Positions 45,059 to 53,910 of a stretch of DNA of 55,766 bases are shown here, in pieces. The translations under genes and the position numbers were made by a program. Within the stretch, counting starts at the first letter, position 1. The number at the start of each line of letters is the position of its first letter. The notes beneath the pieces are model-generated. The model did no database searches, had not been told where the DNA came from, and saw only the letters and a list, made by a program, of their open reading frames with translations. The stretch comes from an uncultured Planctomycetaceae bacterium (GTDB taxonomy: Bacteria; Planctomycetota; Planctomycetia; Pirellulales; PNKZ01). The DNA is taken from the NCBI GenBank assembly GCA_964433865.1, contig CAYSUC010000001.1, positions 1 to 55,766 of the forward strand, read 5' to 3'.

Positions 45059-46687
45059 TCAGTCGGCGGTTCCCAAGAGCGATGCCTCGACGCGCCGCAG
45101 CGCCTCTTCGAACCGGCACCGACCGGCGACGGTCTCCGAGGCTTCACCGTCGGTCAGCCACTCGGTCACCTTGCGCTGCGCCGAGATGACCGTGCTGTGA
45201 CTGCGGCCGCCGAAGTAGCGGCCGATCTCGCTCAGCGCGGCCCGCGTGTACTTCCGCGCCAGCCACATGGCCAACATCCGCGGCCGAACGACGTCCTTCG
45301 CTTTCCGCGACGATTGCAGCGTCTGCTGCTCCAGTCCGAACACGTCGCACACGGCTCGTTCGATGTCGGTCAGGCGGACCGTCTTCCGCCGATTGCGCAG
45401 CAGTTCTTCGAGCGCCTCCTCGGCCATCGCACGGTCGATCTTCCGATCGAAGGCCCGGCTGACCGCGACCAGCCGCTTCAGCGCGCCGATCAGTTCGCGC
45501 GGATCGCCGGGAAACGAGGCGGCCACGTACTCGCCGACGTCGGCCGCCAGATTCAAACCCAGCTTCTTGGCGACCTGGGCGACGATGCCGACGCGCGTCG
45601 TCGCATCGGGTAGTTGCAGGTCGACGACCAGGCCGGCCGTCAGACGATTGCGCAGTTCGTTGCCCAAAAACGCCAACTCGGCGGGATGTCGGTCGGCGCT
45701 GACGACGATCTGACGACCGGCTCGCTGTAAGGCGTCGACCGTGTGGATGAATTCGACGAGCGTGGCCCGCTTGCCGGCGAAGAACTGCAAGTCGTCGACG
45801 ACGAGCAGGTGCAGTTCGCGAAACTTGCGGCGAAAGCTGGGGAGCCCGCCTCCCTGCAACCCTTCAAGAAAACTCGACGTGAATTGCTCGGCGGAGAGCA
45901 TCGTCGCCTGCACGTCGCGACCCAAGCGCCGCGCGGCCCCCGCGACCGCTTCGAGCAGATGCGTCTTGCCGACGCCGTGCGGCCCATGCACCACCAACGG
46001 CGACAGACTTCCCAACCGTTCGACCACGCCCAGCGCCGAGGCGTACGCCAGCCGATTCGTCGGCCCGACGACGAACTCATCGAACGTGGCGGGCCTGCGC
46101 GGGGCGGGCAGGTGCGAGGCAGGTCGAAACGTCGCCGGGCTCCCCGCCGGCGAACTCGGCAACGTCGAACTCGGCCGCGACGAGTTGCGTAACGCCGCAT
46201 CGTCCGCGCCGCGCCGCATCGTAAGAGGTTCGACCGTGCTCGAGTCGCCGAACCCGCGGTCGGGTGCGACGCCGGCCGCGGCGACCGTCGTCGGCCCGTC
46301 GAGCGCCGCATTCGTCGGCCCGCTCGCCACTCCCGTCGACCCGACTTCCGCAGAAACCGCGGACGGGTTCGTGGTACGGCGCACGGCGAGCGTCGGGTCG
46401 ACCTCGAAACTAACCGACGCGGCGGGCCCCAGCGTTTCGCAAGCGGCGGCTTCGATCGCCCGGCGAAAGTTCTTACGGAGCCAGTCCTGCAGAAAGGCGT
46501 TGGCGGTCTCGACGACGAGCCGTTCGCCGGAGGCGCGAAACCGCGTGGCGGCGCCGAACCACAGGTCGTAGCGCTCGCCGCCGATTCGGTCGGCCAGCGC
46601 GCGACGCACTGCCGGTACGATTTCCGTATCGTCGCTCTTCACGTCCTGCCGCTCCGCCACATCGTTGTGTCCGACCGGTTCCCGCAT
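45059..46687 (-). CDS. dnaA: chromosomal replication initiator protein DnaA
   Basis: The N-terminal domain I is ERYDLWF. The AAA+ Walker A is LVVHGPHGVGKTHLL and Walker B is LLVVDDLQF. The domain IV block reads MLAMWLARKYTRAALSEIGRYFGGRSHSTVISAQRKV. Confidence 0.93.
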   Translation of the reverse strand: MREPVGHNDVAERQDVKSDDTEIVPAVRRALADRIGGERYDLWFGAATRFRASGERLVVETANAFLQDWLRKNFRRAIEAAACETLGPAASVSFEVDPTLAVRRTTNPSAVSAEVGSTGVASGPTNAALDGPTTVAAAGVAPDRGFGDSSTVEPLTMRRGADDAALRNSSRPSSTLPSSPAGSPATFRPASHLPAPRRPATFDEFVVGPTNRLAYASALGVVERLGSLSPLVVHGPHGVGKTHLLEAVAGAARRLGRDVQATMLSAEQFTSSFLEGLQGGGLPSFRRKFRELHLLVVDDLQFFAGKRATLVEFIHTVDALQRAGRQIVVSADRHPAELAFLGNELRNRLTAGLVVDLQLPDATTRVGIVAQVAKKLGLNLAADVGEYVAASFPGDPRELIGALKRLVAVSRAFDRKIDRAMAEEALEELLRNRRKTVRLTDIERAVCDVFGLEQQTLQSSRKAKDVVRPRMLAMWLARKYTRAALSEIGRYFGGRSHSTVISAQRKVTEWLTDGEASETVAGRCRFEEALRRVEASLLGTAD

Positions 46688-47222
46688 CGCCGCCGACGCA
46701 ATCGCAAAGCGTGCCGTGATTCGTTCGACGGCGGACTCGCCTTCCGATTGCGCCGCGCGCGCAGGCCGAGAGGCCCGCGCCGAGGGCGATAGGAACCGTG
46801 TCAGGTATGCTCCCCACGCATCTCGTCCGGGGGTTCGCGACCCCTTCCGGCCGCGCCTCGTCGGCGGGTGGAAACGACCGCGAGTCCGGACGACGATCGA
46901 CGCTGCAACCCGTTGTCGCCGGTGTGTTTACGGCGGTCGCGTGGCCAGGCTTCGATCGTCGGACGTCACCCGAGAAGAGTTGGGATTTTACGCCTGCCGG
47001 CACCGCTGTCAAACCGCCGGTTTTCATCGTTCGCAATCGCTACCGGCGGCCGCCGCGGCGGAGGTCTTGTTTCGCGACGGATCGTGTCGAATTCGTTCGT
47101 TCGAGACGGCGAAAATTTTCTCGTCGCCCGAGGTCGCGGGGTGGAAAACGTGTCGCTCCAGCCCGACCTCAGCGGGCAAGCTTTCGCACACCGCGCGACG
47201 TAACCCCTGCGCGGACGAACGA

Positions 47223-48194
47223 TTACGTACGCAGGTCGACGTCGGGCGACGTGGGCGAAAGAAAAAGAATCCACGCCGCTCGTCGGTCGAACACCGTAAA
47301 GCCCGCGCGGCGATACAGATTCACGGCCGGTCGATTCGCGGCGTCGACGGCCAGCACGACCCGCCCACGTCGCCAGGCTCGCGCCTGTTGCCGCGCCCGC
47401 AGGGCTACAAGTTCCCCCCAGCCTCGACCCCGGACTTCCGGCACGAGACCCATGTACACCAGTTCCACCTGATCTTGCTGCGGATGATCGGCCAGCAGCA
47501 AGCAACCGACGTCGACGCCCGCGGCTCGAACGATCTGCCACCGCTGGTCGCGCGGCGCGCCGATCCGTTCGTAGTCGGCCAATACGTGCCGCGCGTCTTG
47601 TCGTCCGTTGAGCGGCGGACAATCGAGCGTGGCGACGTACGTACGTTCGACGATCGCGGCCAGTTGCGCGTGTTCCGCGGCCGTCGCCGCGATGAACTCC
47701 ACCGCTCCGTCGGCCGACGCGCTGCGCCGTAGCGCCGCATCGTCGGCCGCGGCCGGAGCCGCGAGGTATTCCAACGCGGCCAGCCGTTCGAAGCCCGCCG
47801 AAGCCAAACCCTGTTCGGACAGGGAATCGTCGCTGGGGAGCAGGCTCTGCGCCAACGTGCAACCGCGCGCCGCCGCATCCTCGGCCAGGGCGCACAACAG
47901 CGGATCGGGGCGCGGCGGCCCGTCGACGGTCCACTGCGAGGGCCAGAACGTGGCAGTCCCGCCCGCGTGCCACTGAGCCCAAGCCGCCCCCAGCAGACGA
48001 CCGTCGGCCGAGAGGGCCCGACGCAGCGTGTGAGGTTCCGCGGGCCGGGCTCCGGCCGGTGCCGTATAGGCCGTGGCCAGGGCCTCGGCCGTCGTCGCGG
48101 GAAGCGTCCGCAGCACGAGCCGCAAGGCGTCGGCCGCTCCGGCGGGGTCGACGTCGAAATCGACGGATTCGCAGCGCAAGGTGGGGCCTGTCAT
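47223..48194 (-). CDS. two-domain GNAT N-acetyltransferase
   Basis: The C-terminal GNAT core reads VELVYMGLVPEVRGRGWGELVA...VLAVDAANRPAVNLYRRAGF. Confidence 0.7.
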   Translation of the reverse strand: MTGPTLRCESVDFDVDPAGAADALRLVLRTLPATTAEALATAYTAPAGARPAEPHTLRRALSADGRLLGAAWAQWHAGGTATFWPSQWTVDGPPRPDPLLCALAEDAAARGCTLAQSLLPSDDSLSEQGLASAGFERLAALEYLAAPAAADDAALRRSASADGAVEFIAATAAEHAQLAAIVERTYVATLDCPPLNGRQDARHVLADYERIGAPRDQRWQIVRAAGVDVGCLLLADHPQQDQVELVYMGLVPEVRGRGWGELVALRARQQARAWRRGRVVLAVDAANRPAVNLYRRAGFTVFDRRAAWILFLSPTSPDVDLRT

Positions 48195-48285
48195 GTCGGG
48201 AAGAATACGCGAAATCGGCCCCGCCGTCTTCCGCGGAGGTTATATTCGATCAGGGCCCTCAATTCCCTTCGAGAGGATCGCTGCC

Positions 48286-49374
48286 ATGACGGTGCGGAGG
48301 TTGACGTTCGTCGCGGTCGTGCTGGTCGTCGCGGTGCCGAAGGTCGGGGCCCAACAAGCGCTGGTCGATCTGGAACAACGGCTGCAAAACGAGTTGCCGA
48401 ATCCGGCGACCCTGGCCGACCCTGCCGCGGCGCAAGAGCCGGGCTACCTGGGGATCTTGGCGAACGAAAGCGCGCCGCTCGGGCGAGGCGTGACGTTGGT
48501 CGACGTGCTGCCGGGCGGACCCGCCGCCGTCGCCGGATTGCAGGTCGGCGACCTCGTCACCAGCATCGACGGCCGCGGCGTGCATTCGCTCGACGACATG
48601 GCCGCGCTGTTGGCGTCGCGGGCCGTCGGCGAACGTTTGGCCTTCGTGGCGATCCGCGGCGTCGACGCCCTGCGGATCGACGTGACCCTCACGAAGCGCC
48701 CCCCGCCCGATGCGCGACGCTTCCCGACGTTCGGCCGCCTGGGCGACGCGGCGGGTGCGGAAACGCCGGTCGAAATCGCTTCGCCCGTGCCGCAGCCGAC
48801 GCCGACGATCGTGGCGCCCGCGCCGATGCCGGAATTGCCCGCGCCGCTGCCGGCGCCGACGTCGCCGAGCCCGAGCGGTGCGCAAGAACCGGCAGCGACC
48901 GACCTGCCGCGGACCGGACTGTTGGGCATTCGGGCCGTGGAGGTGACGCCGGAGTTGGCGTTGGCGATGAACTTGCCGGAGCCGAAAGGGGCGATGATCG
49001 TCGAGGTCCGGCCGCAATCGCCGGCGGCGCTGGCCGGAGTTCCGGTGGGAGCGGTGATTACGTCGGCCATGGGTCGGCCGGTGACGACTCCCGCCGAACT
49101 GGCCGCCGCCGTGCGCGGTTTGGGAGACGGCGCGGAACTGAAGTTGTCGTACACGCGGTTCGGCCAGTCGACCGAGAAGTCGATCCGGCTGGCTGCCCCC
49201 GCGGCGACGCCGGCGACGTCGCCGATCGCGAACGAACCGCTGCTGCCGGCGGCGCCGAAGTCGGTCGCCGAGGAGAATGCGCAGTTGCGCAAGCAAGTCG
49301 AGCAGTTGGAGGCGCGGCTGAAGGAACTGGAAGCGGCCCGGGCGTCGCAACCCGCCGCGCCGCAACAACCGTGA
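48286..49374 (+). CDS. exported protein with two PDZ domains and a C-terminal coiled coil
   Basis: ATG 48286 gives a signal peptide, MTVRRLTFVAVVLVVAVPKVGAQQ. The PDZ blocks are GYLGI..VTLVDVLPGGPAAVAGLQVGDLVTSIDG and LLGIRAVEV..GAMIVEVRPQSPAALAGVPVGAVITS. The tail reads ENAQLRKQVEQLEARLKELE. Confidence 0.75.
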   Translation: MTVRRLTFVAVVLVVAVPKVGAQQALVDLEQRLQNELPNPATLADPAAAQEPGYLGILANESAPLGRGVTLVDVLPGGPAAVAGLQVGDLVTSIDGRGVHSLDDMAALLASRAVGERLAFVAIRGVDALRIDVTLTKRPPPDARRFPTFGRLGDAAGAETPVEIASPVPQPTPTIVAPAPMPELPAPLPAPTSPSPSGAQEPAATDLPRTGLLGIRAVEVTPELALAMNLPEPKGAMIVEVRPQSPAALAGVPVGAVITSAMGRPVTTPAELAAAVRGLGDGAELKLSYTRFGQSTEKSIRLAAPAATPATSPIANEPLLPAAPKSVAEENAQLRKQVEQLEARLKELEAARASQPAAPQQP

Positions 49375-49381
49375 GGTCGGC

Positions 49382-49576
49382 GTGGATCCTCACGGGCTGA
49401 AACTGTGGCTGATTTTCCTGGCGACGTGGGTCGTCTTCTGGGGAACGGCCGGAGGCTTGGCGGCGCGTTGGGCCGGACGTCGCGTGGGGCGCGGCATCGT
49501 GCTCGGCGGCATCTTGGCGATCGTCGGCGTGATGCTCACGCTGCTCGTCGAAGACGAGCCGACCGATCGCGGTTAG
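49382..49576 (+). CDS. small two-helix membrane protein (hypothetical)
   Basis: GTG 49382 lies 8 nt after the PDZ gene stop. The hydrophobic segments are LWLIFLATWVVFWGTAGGL and IVLGGILAIVGVMLTLLV. Confidence 0.4.
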   Translation: MDPHGLKLWLIFLATWVVFWGTAGGLAARWAGRRVGRGIVLGGILAIVGVMLTLLVEDEPTDRG

Positions 49577-50085
49577 CTCTTCTTCGTCTCGGCCGGGGTT
49601 TCGGCCGTTTGCTCCTCGGTCTCGAACGTGGCCAGTTCGGCGGCCGTGGTCTCGCGCAGTTCCTCCCACTTCTTCACTTGGCTCTCGTCGCCGTTGTACA
49701 CGGCTTCCAGCGTCGTGATCTGCGACTTCAGCAACGACGCGATGTTTTGCAGCCGCCCGACCACGGCGCGGTCGTCGGCGTCCAAGTCGGGCGACTTCTT
49801 CAGGGTCGTGAGCCGCGCCTCGACGTTCGTCACCAGCGCCAGGTGGGCGCCCAGCAACTCCGACACCTGCTCGTCTTCGTACAGGTCGGTCGACAGGGCG
49901 TCGCCGAAGATGCCGATGCCGAGATACGACTGATTCAGATACGCCAGGCTCATCGTCAGGAACGAATCGACGAACGGGTCGGCGGCCGGTGCAGCCGGTT
50001 CCTCGGCCGACGCCGACGACGCCGCCCAGCAGAGCGCGACCAACAGAGTAAGACGACGAACGACCGGCGTACGGAACGTGTTCAT
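49573..50085 (-). CDS. hypothetical secreted helical protein
   Basis: ATG 50085. The signal peptide is VVRRLTLLVALCWAASSASAEEP. The 170-aa product has an acidic C-terminus. Confidence 0.55.
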   Translation of the reverse strand: MNTFRTPVVRRLTLLVALCWAASSASAEEPAAPAADPFVDSFLTMSLAYLNQSYLGIGIFGDALSTDLYEDEQVSELLGAHLALVTNVEARLTTLKKSPDLDADDRAVVGRLQNIASLLKSQITTLEAVYNGDESQVKKWEELRETTAAELATFETEEQTAETPAETKKS

Positions 50086-50206
50086 GGCGCGAGGGTCCGA
50101 AGGGGCTGCGGCGAAACGGATCGTGAGGGGGTGATATACCCGCGCGCTGCGGCCCGGTGCAACGTCGGCCGGCCGCGGGCGTCGCCGAGGGGGGCCGGGT
50201 CCGCCG

Positions 50207-51580
50207 TCACTGCCGGCGCATCACGTCGTTCCCTTCCGAGGTATGCCCGGTGCCTTCGATCACCAGCGCGTCGTACCTGCCGTTTTGCTCGGCCGAGGCG
50301 TCGAGCACGCGATTGCGGACGATACGGCAGGCATCGCCTTCGACCGCGATTCCCTGCCGACCGGCCCGAACGACCGTGTTGCCGGTCAACTGCTGGCCGG
50401 AGCCGCGAACGAGGAACCCGACGCGGCCGCACTCCCGCACCTCGTTGAACTCGAACACGTTGTTCGTCGTTTCGGCGCCGACGACGACGGCCGAGCCGGC
50501 GATGCGGTCGAAGCGGTTGCGCGCCACGGCGATCTTCTCGTTCCACCCCGGCAGCTTGCAGAACCGCCACAGGTTCAGGCCGACGTCGCAGTCGGCGATC
50601 TCGTTCTCCTCGACGACGCACTCGCGAGCATCATTCAACTCGATGCCCACTCGGCAACGAGCGATCTTGTTGCGCCGGGCCACGCCCAGCCGTGTGAAGT
50701 GGTCGAAATCGATCGCCTCGTCCAGCGTGTCGACGATCGTGCAATCTTCGACCGAGGCGAACTGCACGCCGTAGAACGCGGCGCCGCGCCCCAAGCAGTT
50801 GCGGATCGTGCAGCCCTGCACGGCGACGTCGACGATCGGCGGCTCGAGCAGGCCCTTCTCGTACGAATAGCGGCTCTGCGCATACACGCCGCAACGTTCG
50901 GCATGTCCCGGGATCGGCGGATCGTCCGCTCGGCGACCGCCGTCGAGCGTCAGGTCGGCGATGTGAATACCTTCGCAGCCCCGGCCGATGTCGAACAGGT
51001 TCGGGCTGTCGAGCAACAGCATCCGCGTCCCCTCGCGCACTTCGTACGGCAGCGGTTCGGCCCAGCGGATACGCCCCGGCTCGAGGGCCGCGATGCGGGC
51101 GAGAAAATAGTTCGTGGGGCGGCCGGTGAACGCATCGACGGCGCCGGGGGCCAGCACGCGCAGCGTCTGCCCGACGGCCAAGCCCGAGGACCGCGCGACG
51201 CGGAGCGTCGAGGCCCCTTTCGGCATCGACTCGCCGGCGATCGCATAGACGGCCGGGCCGAGTTCGAGCACGGCGCCGGGAAGTCCTTTGAAGTGCACGT
51301 TGCGGACGTCGACGAGCCGTAGCCCGCCGGCCAGTCGGTAGGTGCCGGCATCGACGACGACGATGCCTCCGCCGGCCTTATTCGCCGCGGCGACGGCGGC
51401 CAGGATCGGCTGCTCGTCGGTGCCGCGAAATTGCGACGATTCAGTCTGCCCGACGGTGAACTGCGGCAGTTCGACCTGCGAGGCCTCGCGCTGCGGCGCG
51501 GCGGGTGCGGGCTCGGCGGCCGCGACCGGCGCCGCGATCCACGCCAGGCACCCTCCGGCGATCTGAAGAATTCGCATCAT
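50207..51580 (-). CDS. right-handed parallel beta-helix repeat protein, secreted
   Basis: ATG 51580 gives MMRILQIAGGCLAWIAAPVAAAEP. Repeated PbH1-like turns are present (CTIRNCLGRGAAF, VEDCTIVDT, NKIARCRVGIEL, NEIADCDVGLNL). Confidence 0.7.
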   Translation of the reverse strand: MMRILQIAGGCLAWIAAPVAAAEPAPAAPQREASQVELPQFTVGQTESSQFRGTDEQPILAAVAAANKAGGGIVVVDAGTYRLAGGLRLVDVRNVHFKGLPGAVLELGPAVYAIAGESMPKGASTLRVARSSGLAVGQTLRVLAPGAVDAFTGRPTNYFLARIAALEPGRIRWAEPLPYEVREGTRMLLLDSPNLFDIGRGCEGIHIADLTLDGGRRADDPPIPGHAERCGVYAQSRYSYEKGLLEPPIVDVAVQGCTIRNCLGRGAAFYGVQFASVEDCTIVDTLDEAIDFDHFTRLGVARRNKIARCRVGIELNDARECVVEENEIADCDVGLNLWRFCKLPGWNEKIAVARNRFDRIAGSAVVVGAETTNNVFEFNEVRECGRVGFLVRGSGQQLTGNTVVRAGRQGIAVEGDACRIVRNRVLDASAEQNGRYDALVIEGTGHTSEGNDVMRRQ

Positions 51581-51734
51581 CGGTCGCAATCCGACATGAA
51601 CGGCAGGACGGAAGGCGGGGGCCTCGCGCCGCGGCTACGACTTCCGACGACGGGGCGACGTTTAGGGTAACGCGCCGCACGACGGACCACTATAATGCGC
51701 GGCGACTTCTCCCCCGCGCGCATCGGAACCGCAC

Positions 51735-52868
51735 ATGAACGCCTCGGCCGACGGGCTCTCGAACGACGGCCGCAGTCTCGAACTCAAGCTCCGGTTGTCG
51801 CTCATCGAGGGCATCGGCCCCCGGCTCACGCAGGCCCTGCTCGAACGGTTCGGCAACGAAGAGGCGATCTTCGCCGCCGACGAAGACGAGCTGCAGACCG
51901 CGCCGGGGATCGGACCGAAGCTGAGCCGCGCCATCCGCGTGGGGCGCGACATCGACGTCGGCCCCGAGCTGAAGCTGTGCCGCGAGCACGGCGTGCGCCT
52001 GATCGCGCGCGGCGACGCCGACTATCCGCAGGGCCTCGCGCAGATTCCCGACCCGCCGTCGATCTTGTACGTCAAAGGATCGATCGAGCCGCGCGATGCC
52101 GCGGCCGTCGCCGTCGTCGGAGCCCGACACGCCACCGAGTACGGCATGAAGATCGCCGCGCAACTGGCCGGAGGTTTGGCGCGGGCCGGCATCACGGTGG
52201 TCAGCGGCCTGGCCCGCGGCATCGACGAAGCGGCCCACCGCGGCGCGCTCGAGGCCGGTGGTCGAACGATCGCCGTATTGGGGAGCGGCCTGGCCAAGAT
52301 CTATCCGCCGGAACACGAGGCGCTGGCCCGCGAGGTCGCGGCGCACGGCGCATTGGTCAGCGAGTCGGCGCTGCTGGCCGAGCCGATCGCGGGGGCGTTT
52401 CCGCAGCGCAATCGCATCATCAGCGGGCTGTCGCTGGGGGCGGTCGTGGTCGAGGCCGCGCACCGCAGCGGATCGCTCATCACGGCCGGCCACGCCGCCG
52501 AACAAGGGCGCGAAGTCTTCGCCGTTCCCGGCCGCGTCGACAGCCGCATGTCGCACGGTTGCCATCGGCTGCTGCGCGACGGGGCCAAGCTCGTCGAAAC
52601 CGTGGACGACATCTTGGAAGAACTCGGCCACCTGGCCGCGCCGGTCGAGCAAGCCGACGGCACGACCCTGCACAAACCCGCCGAGTTGCTGCTCAATTCC
52701 AACGAGAAGCTGGTCCTGAGCATGCTGGGGGAAGGCCGCGCCACGACGGTCGACGAGGTGATCGGCGCAACCGGGTTGGCCGTCGCGCAGGTGCTGACGA
52801 CGCTGAGCGTGCTCGAGATGCGACGCCTGATCCGCCGCGTCTCGGGCAACGCCGTCGTCCGGCTCTAG
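51735..52868 (+). CDS. dprA: DNA-processing protein DprA (Smf)
   Basis: Family blocks are DADYPQGLAQIPDPPSILYVKGS and VAVVGARHATEYGMKIAAQLAGGLARAGITVVSGLARGIDEAAHRGAL. A C-terminal winged-helix is present. A TATAAT hexamer sits at 51691-51696. Confidence 0.9.
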   Translation: MNASADGLSNDGRSLELKLRLSLIEGIGPRLTQALLERFGNEEAIFAADEDELQTAPGIGPKLSRAIRVGRDIDVGPELKLCREHGVRLIARGDADYPQGLAQIPDPPSILYVKGSIEPRDAAAVAVVGARHATEYGMKIAAQLAGGLARAGITVVSGLARGIDEAAHRGALEAGGRTIAVLGSGLAKIYPPEHEALAREVAAHGALVSESALLAEPIAGAFPQRNRIISGLSLGAVVVEAAHRSGSLITAGHAAEQGREVFAVPGRVDSRMSHGCHRLLRDGAKLVETVDDILEELGHLAAPVEQADGTTLHKPAELLLNSNEKLVLSMLGEGRATTVDEVIGATGLAVAQVLTTLSVLEMRRLIRRVSGNAVVRL

Positions 52869-52913
52869 GAGCGCTCCGTTGCGAGTCGCGGGTAACCAGC
52901 GCCGAAAGCGCGA

Positions 52914-53699
52914 CTACTTCCCGGCCCGCACCGCGGCGAAGCCCTGTTCCAGGGCTTCCTTCAGCAGGGCGCCGTCGTTCGAGAAGCAATTGAACCGGGC
53001 TCCTTGACGGATCGTACGGAGCATCTGCTCGCGCTTGCCGAACCAGCAGCCCGCCGCCACGTGCTTGCGGTCGGCCGTGTCGATGATCCGCTCGAGCAGC
53101 GCGATCAGGTCGGGATGATCGTACTCGTTCGGAATGCCCATGTTCGTCGTCAGGTCGTTCGGACCGACGAACACGGCATGCACGCCCGGAACGGCGCAGA
53201 TGGCTTCGAGGTTTTCGACGCCGCGGACCGATTCGATCATCGGCACGAACACCGTATCGGCGCAGCGCTGGTCGTGAACGTAGGCGCGGGTCGCCTCGCT
53301 GGGCCACTTGTTCTCGTTGAGCACGCGCTCGAGCGCCGCGCCTTTGAGCGGGCGATACACGGCGGCCGCCGCCAAACGTCGGGCATGCTCCACGTCTTCG
53401 ACGTACGGCACCACGGCGCCGTCGAACGAGTCGCACACTTTGGCCACGTCGTCGGGCTCGCGGCTGTGGGTCCGCGCCAAGACGGCGATGCCCTTGGCCG
53501 CCAGCGCGTAGCGCAACGGCAGGAAGTCGGCCAACTCGAGCGCGTTGTGCTCGGCCGACACGATCACGAAATCCAAGGCCCCTTCCGGCACGACGTCGAC
53601 GATCGCCGGATTCACGGTGTATTGAACGAACGTGCCGAACACGCGCTCGCCGCGCGTCAGCTTGTCACGCAACACTCGGCCTGGTTTCACGGCGGGCAT
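52914..53699 (-). CDS. HpcH/HpaI-family aldolase
   Basis: ATG 53699. Family blocks are RVFGTFVQYTVNPAIVDVVPEGALDFVIVSAEHNALE, ..VVPYVEDVEHA.., ..MIESVRGVENLEAI.. and ..VFVGPNDL.. Confidence 0.75.
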   Translation of the reverse strand: MPAVKPGRVLRDKLTRGERVFGTFVQYTVNPAIVDVVPEGALDFVIVSAEHNALELADFLPLRYALAAKGIAVLARTHSREPDDVAKVCDSFDGAVVPYVEDVEHARRLAAAAVYRPLKGAALERVLNENKWPSEATRAYVHDQRCADTVFVPMIESVRGVENLEAICAVPGVHAVFVGPNDLTTNMGIPNEYDHPDLIALLERIIDTADRKHVAAGCWFGKREQMLRTIRQGARFNCFSNDGALLKEALEQGFAAVRAGK

Positions 53700-53740
53700 G
53701 GCGGCTCTCTGCGGAATGGGGAAACGTTGAATGAGAAACA

Positions 53741-53908
53741 CACTCGCCTCTCCCGGCGGGAGAGGCCCGTCGCGGCAGCGGCGGGGTGAGGGTCCGCTGC
53801 GAAACGCTGCAGACTCCACTCCGACCGACGCCCCCCTCATCCGCCCTTCGGGCACCTTCTCCCGGCGGGAGAAGGAAAGCGCTCGCCTCTCCCGCCGGGA
53901 GAAGGAAT
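53741..53908. repeat. REP-C cluster: three short GC hairpins
   Basis: The hairpins are cctctcccggcgggagagg (53747-53765), ccttctcccggcgggagaagg (53855-53875) and cctctcccgccgggagaagg (53886-53905). The last starts 6 nt past the stop of the upstream minus-strand gene, so it may act as a terminator hairpin. Confidence 0.65.
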
Positions 53909-53910
53909 CC

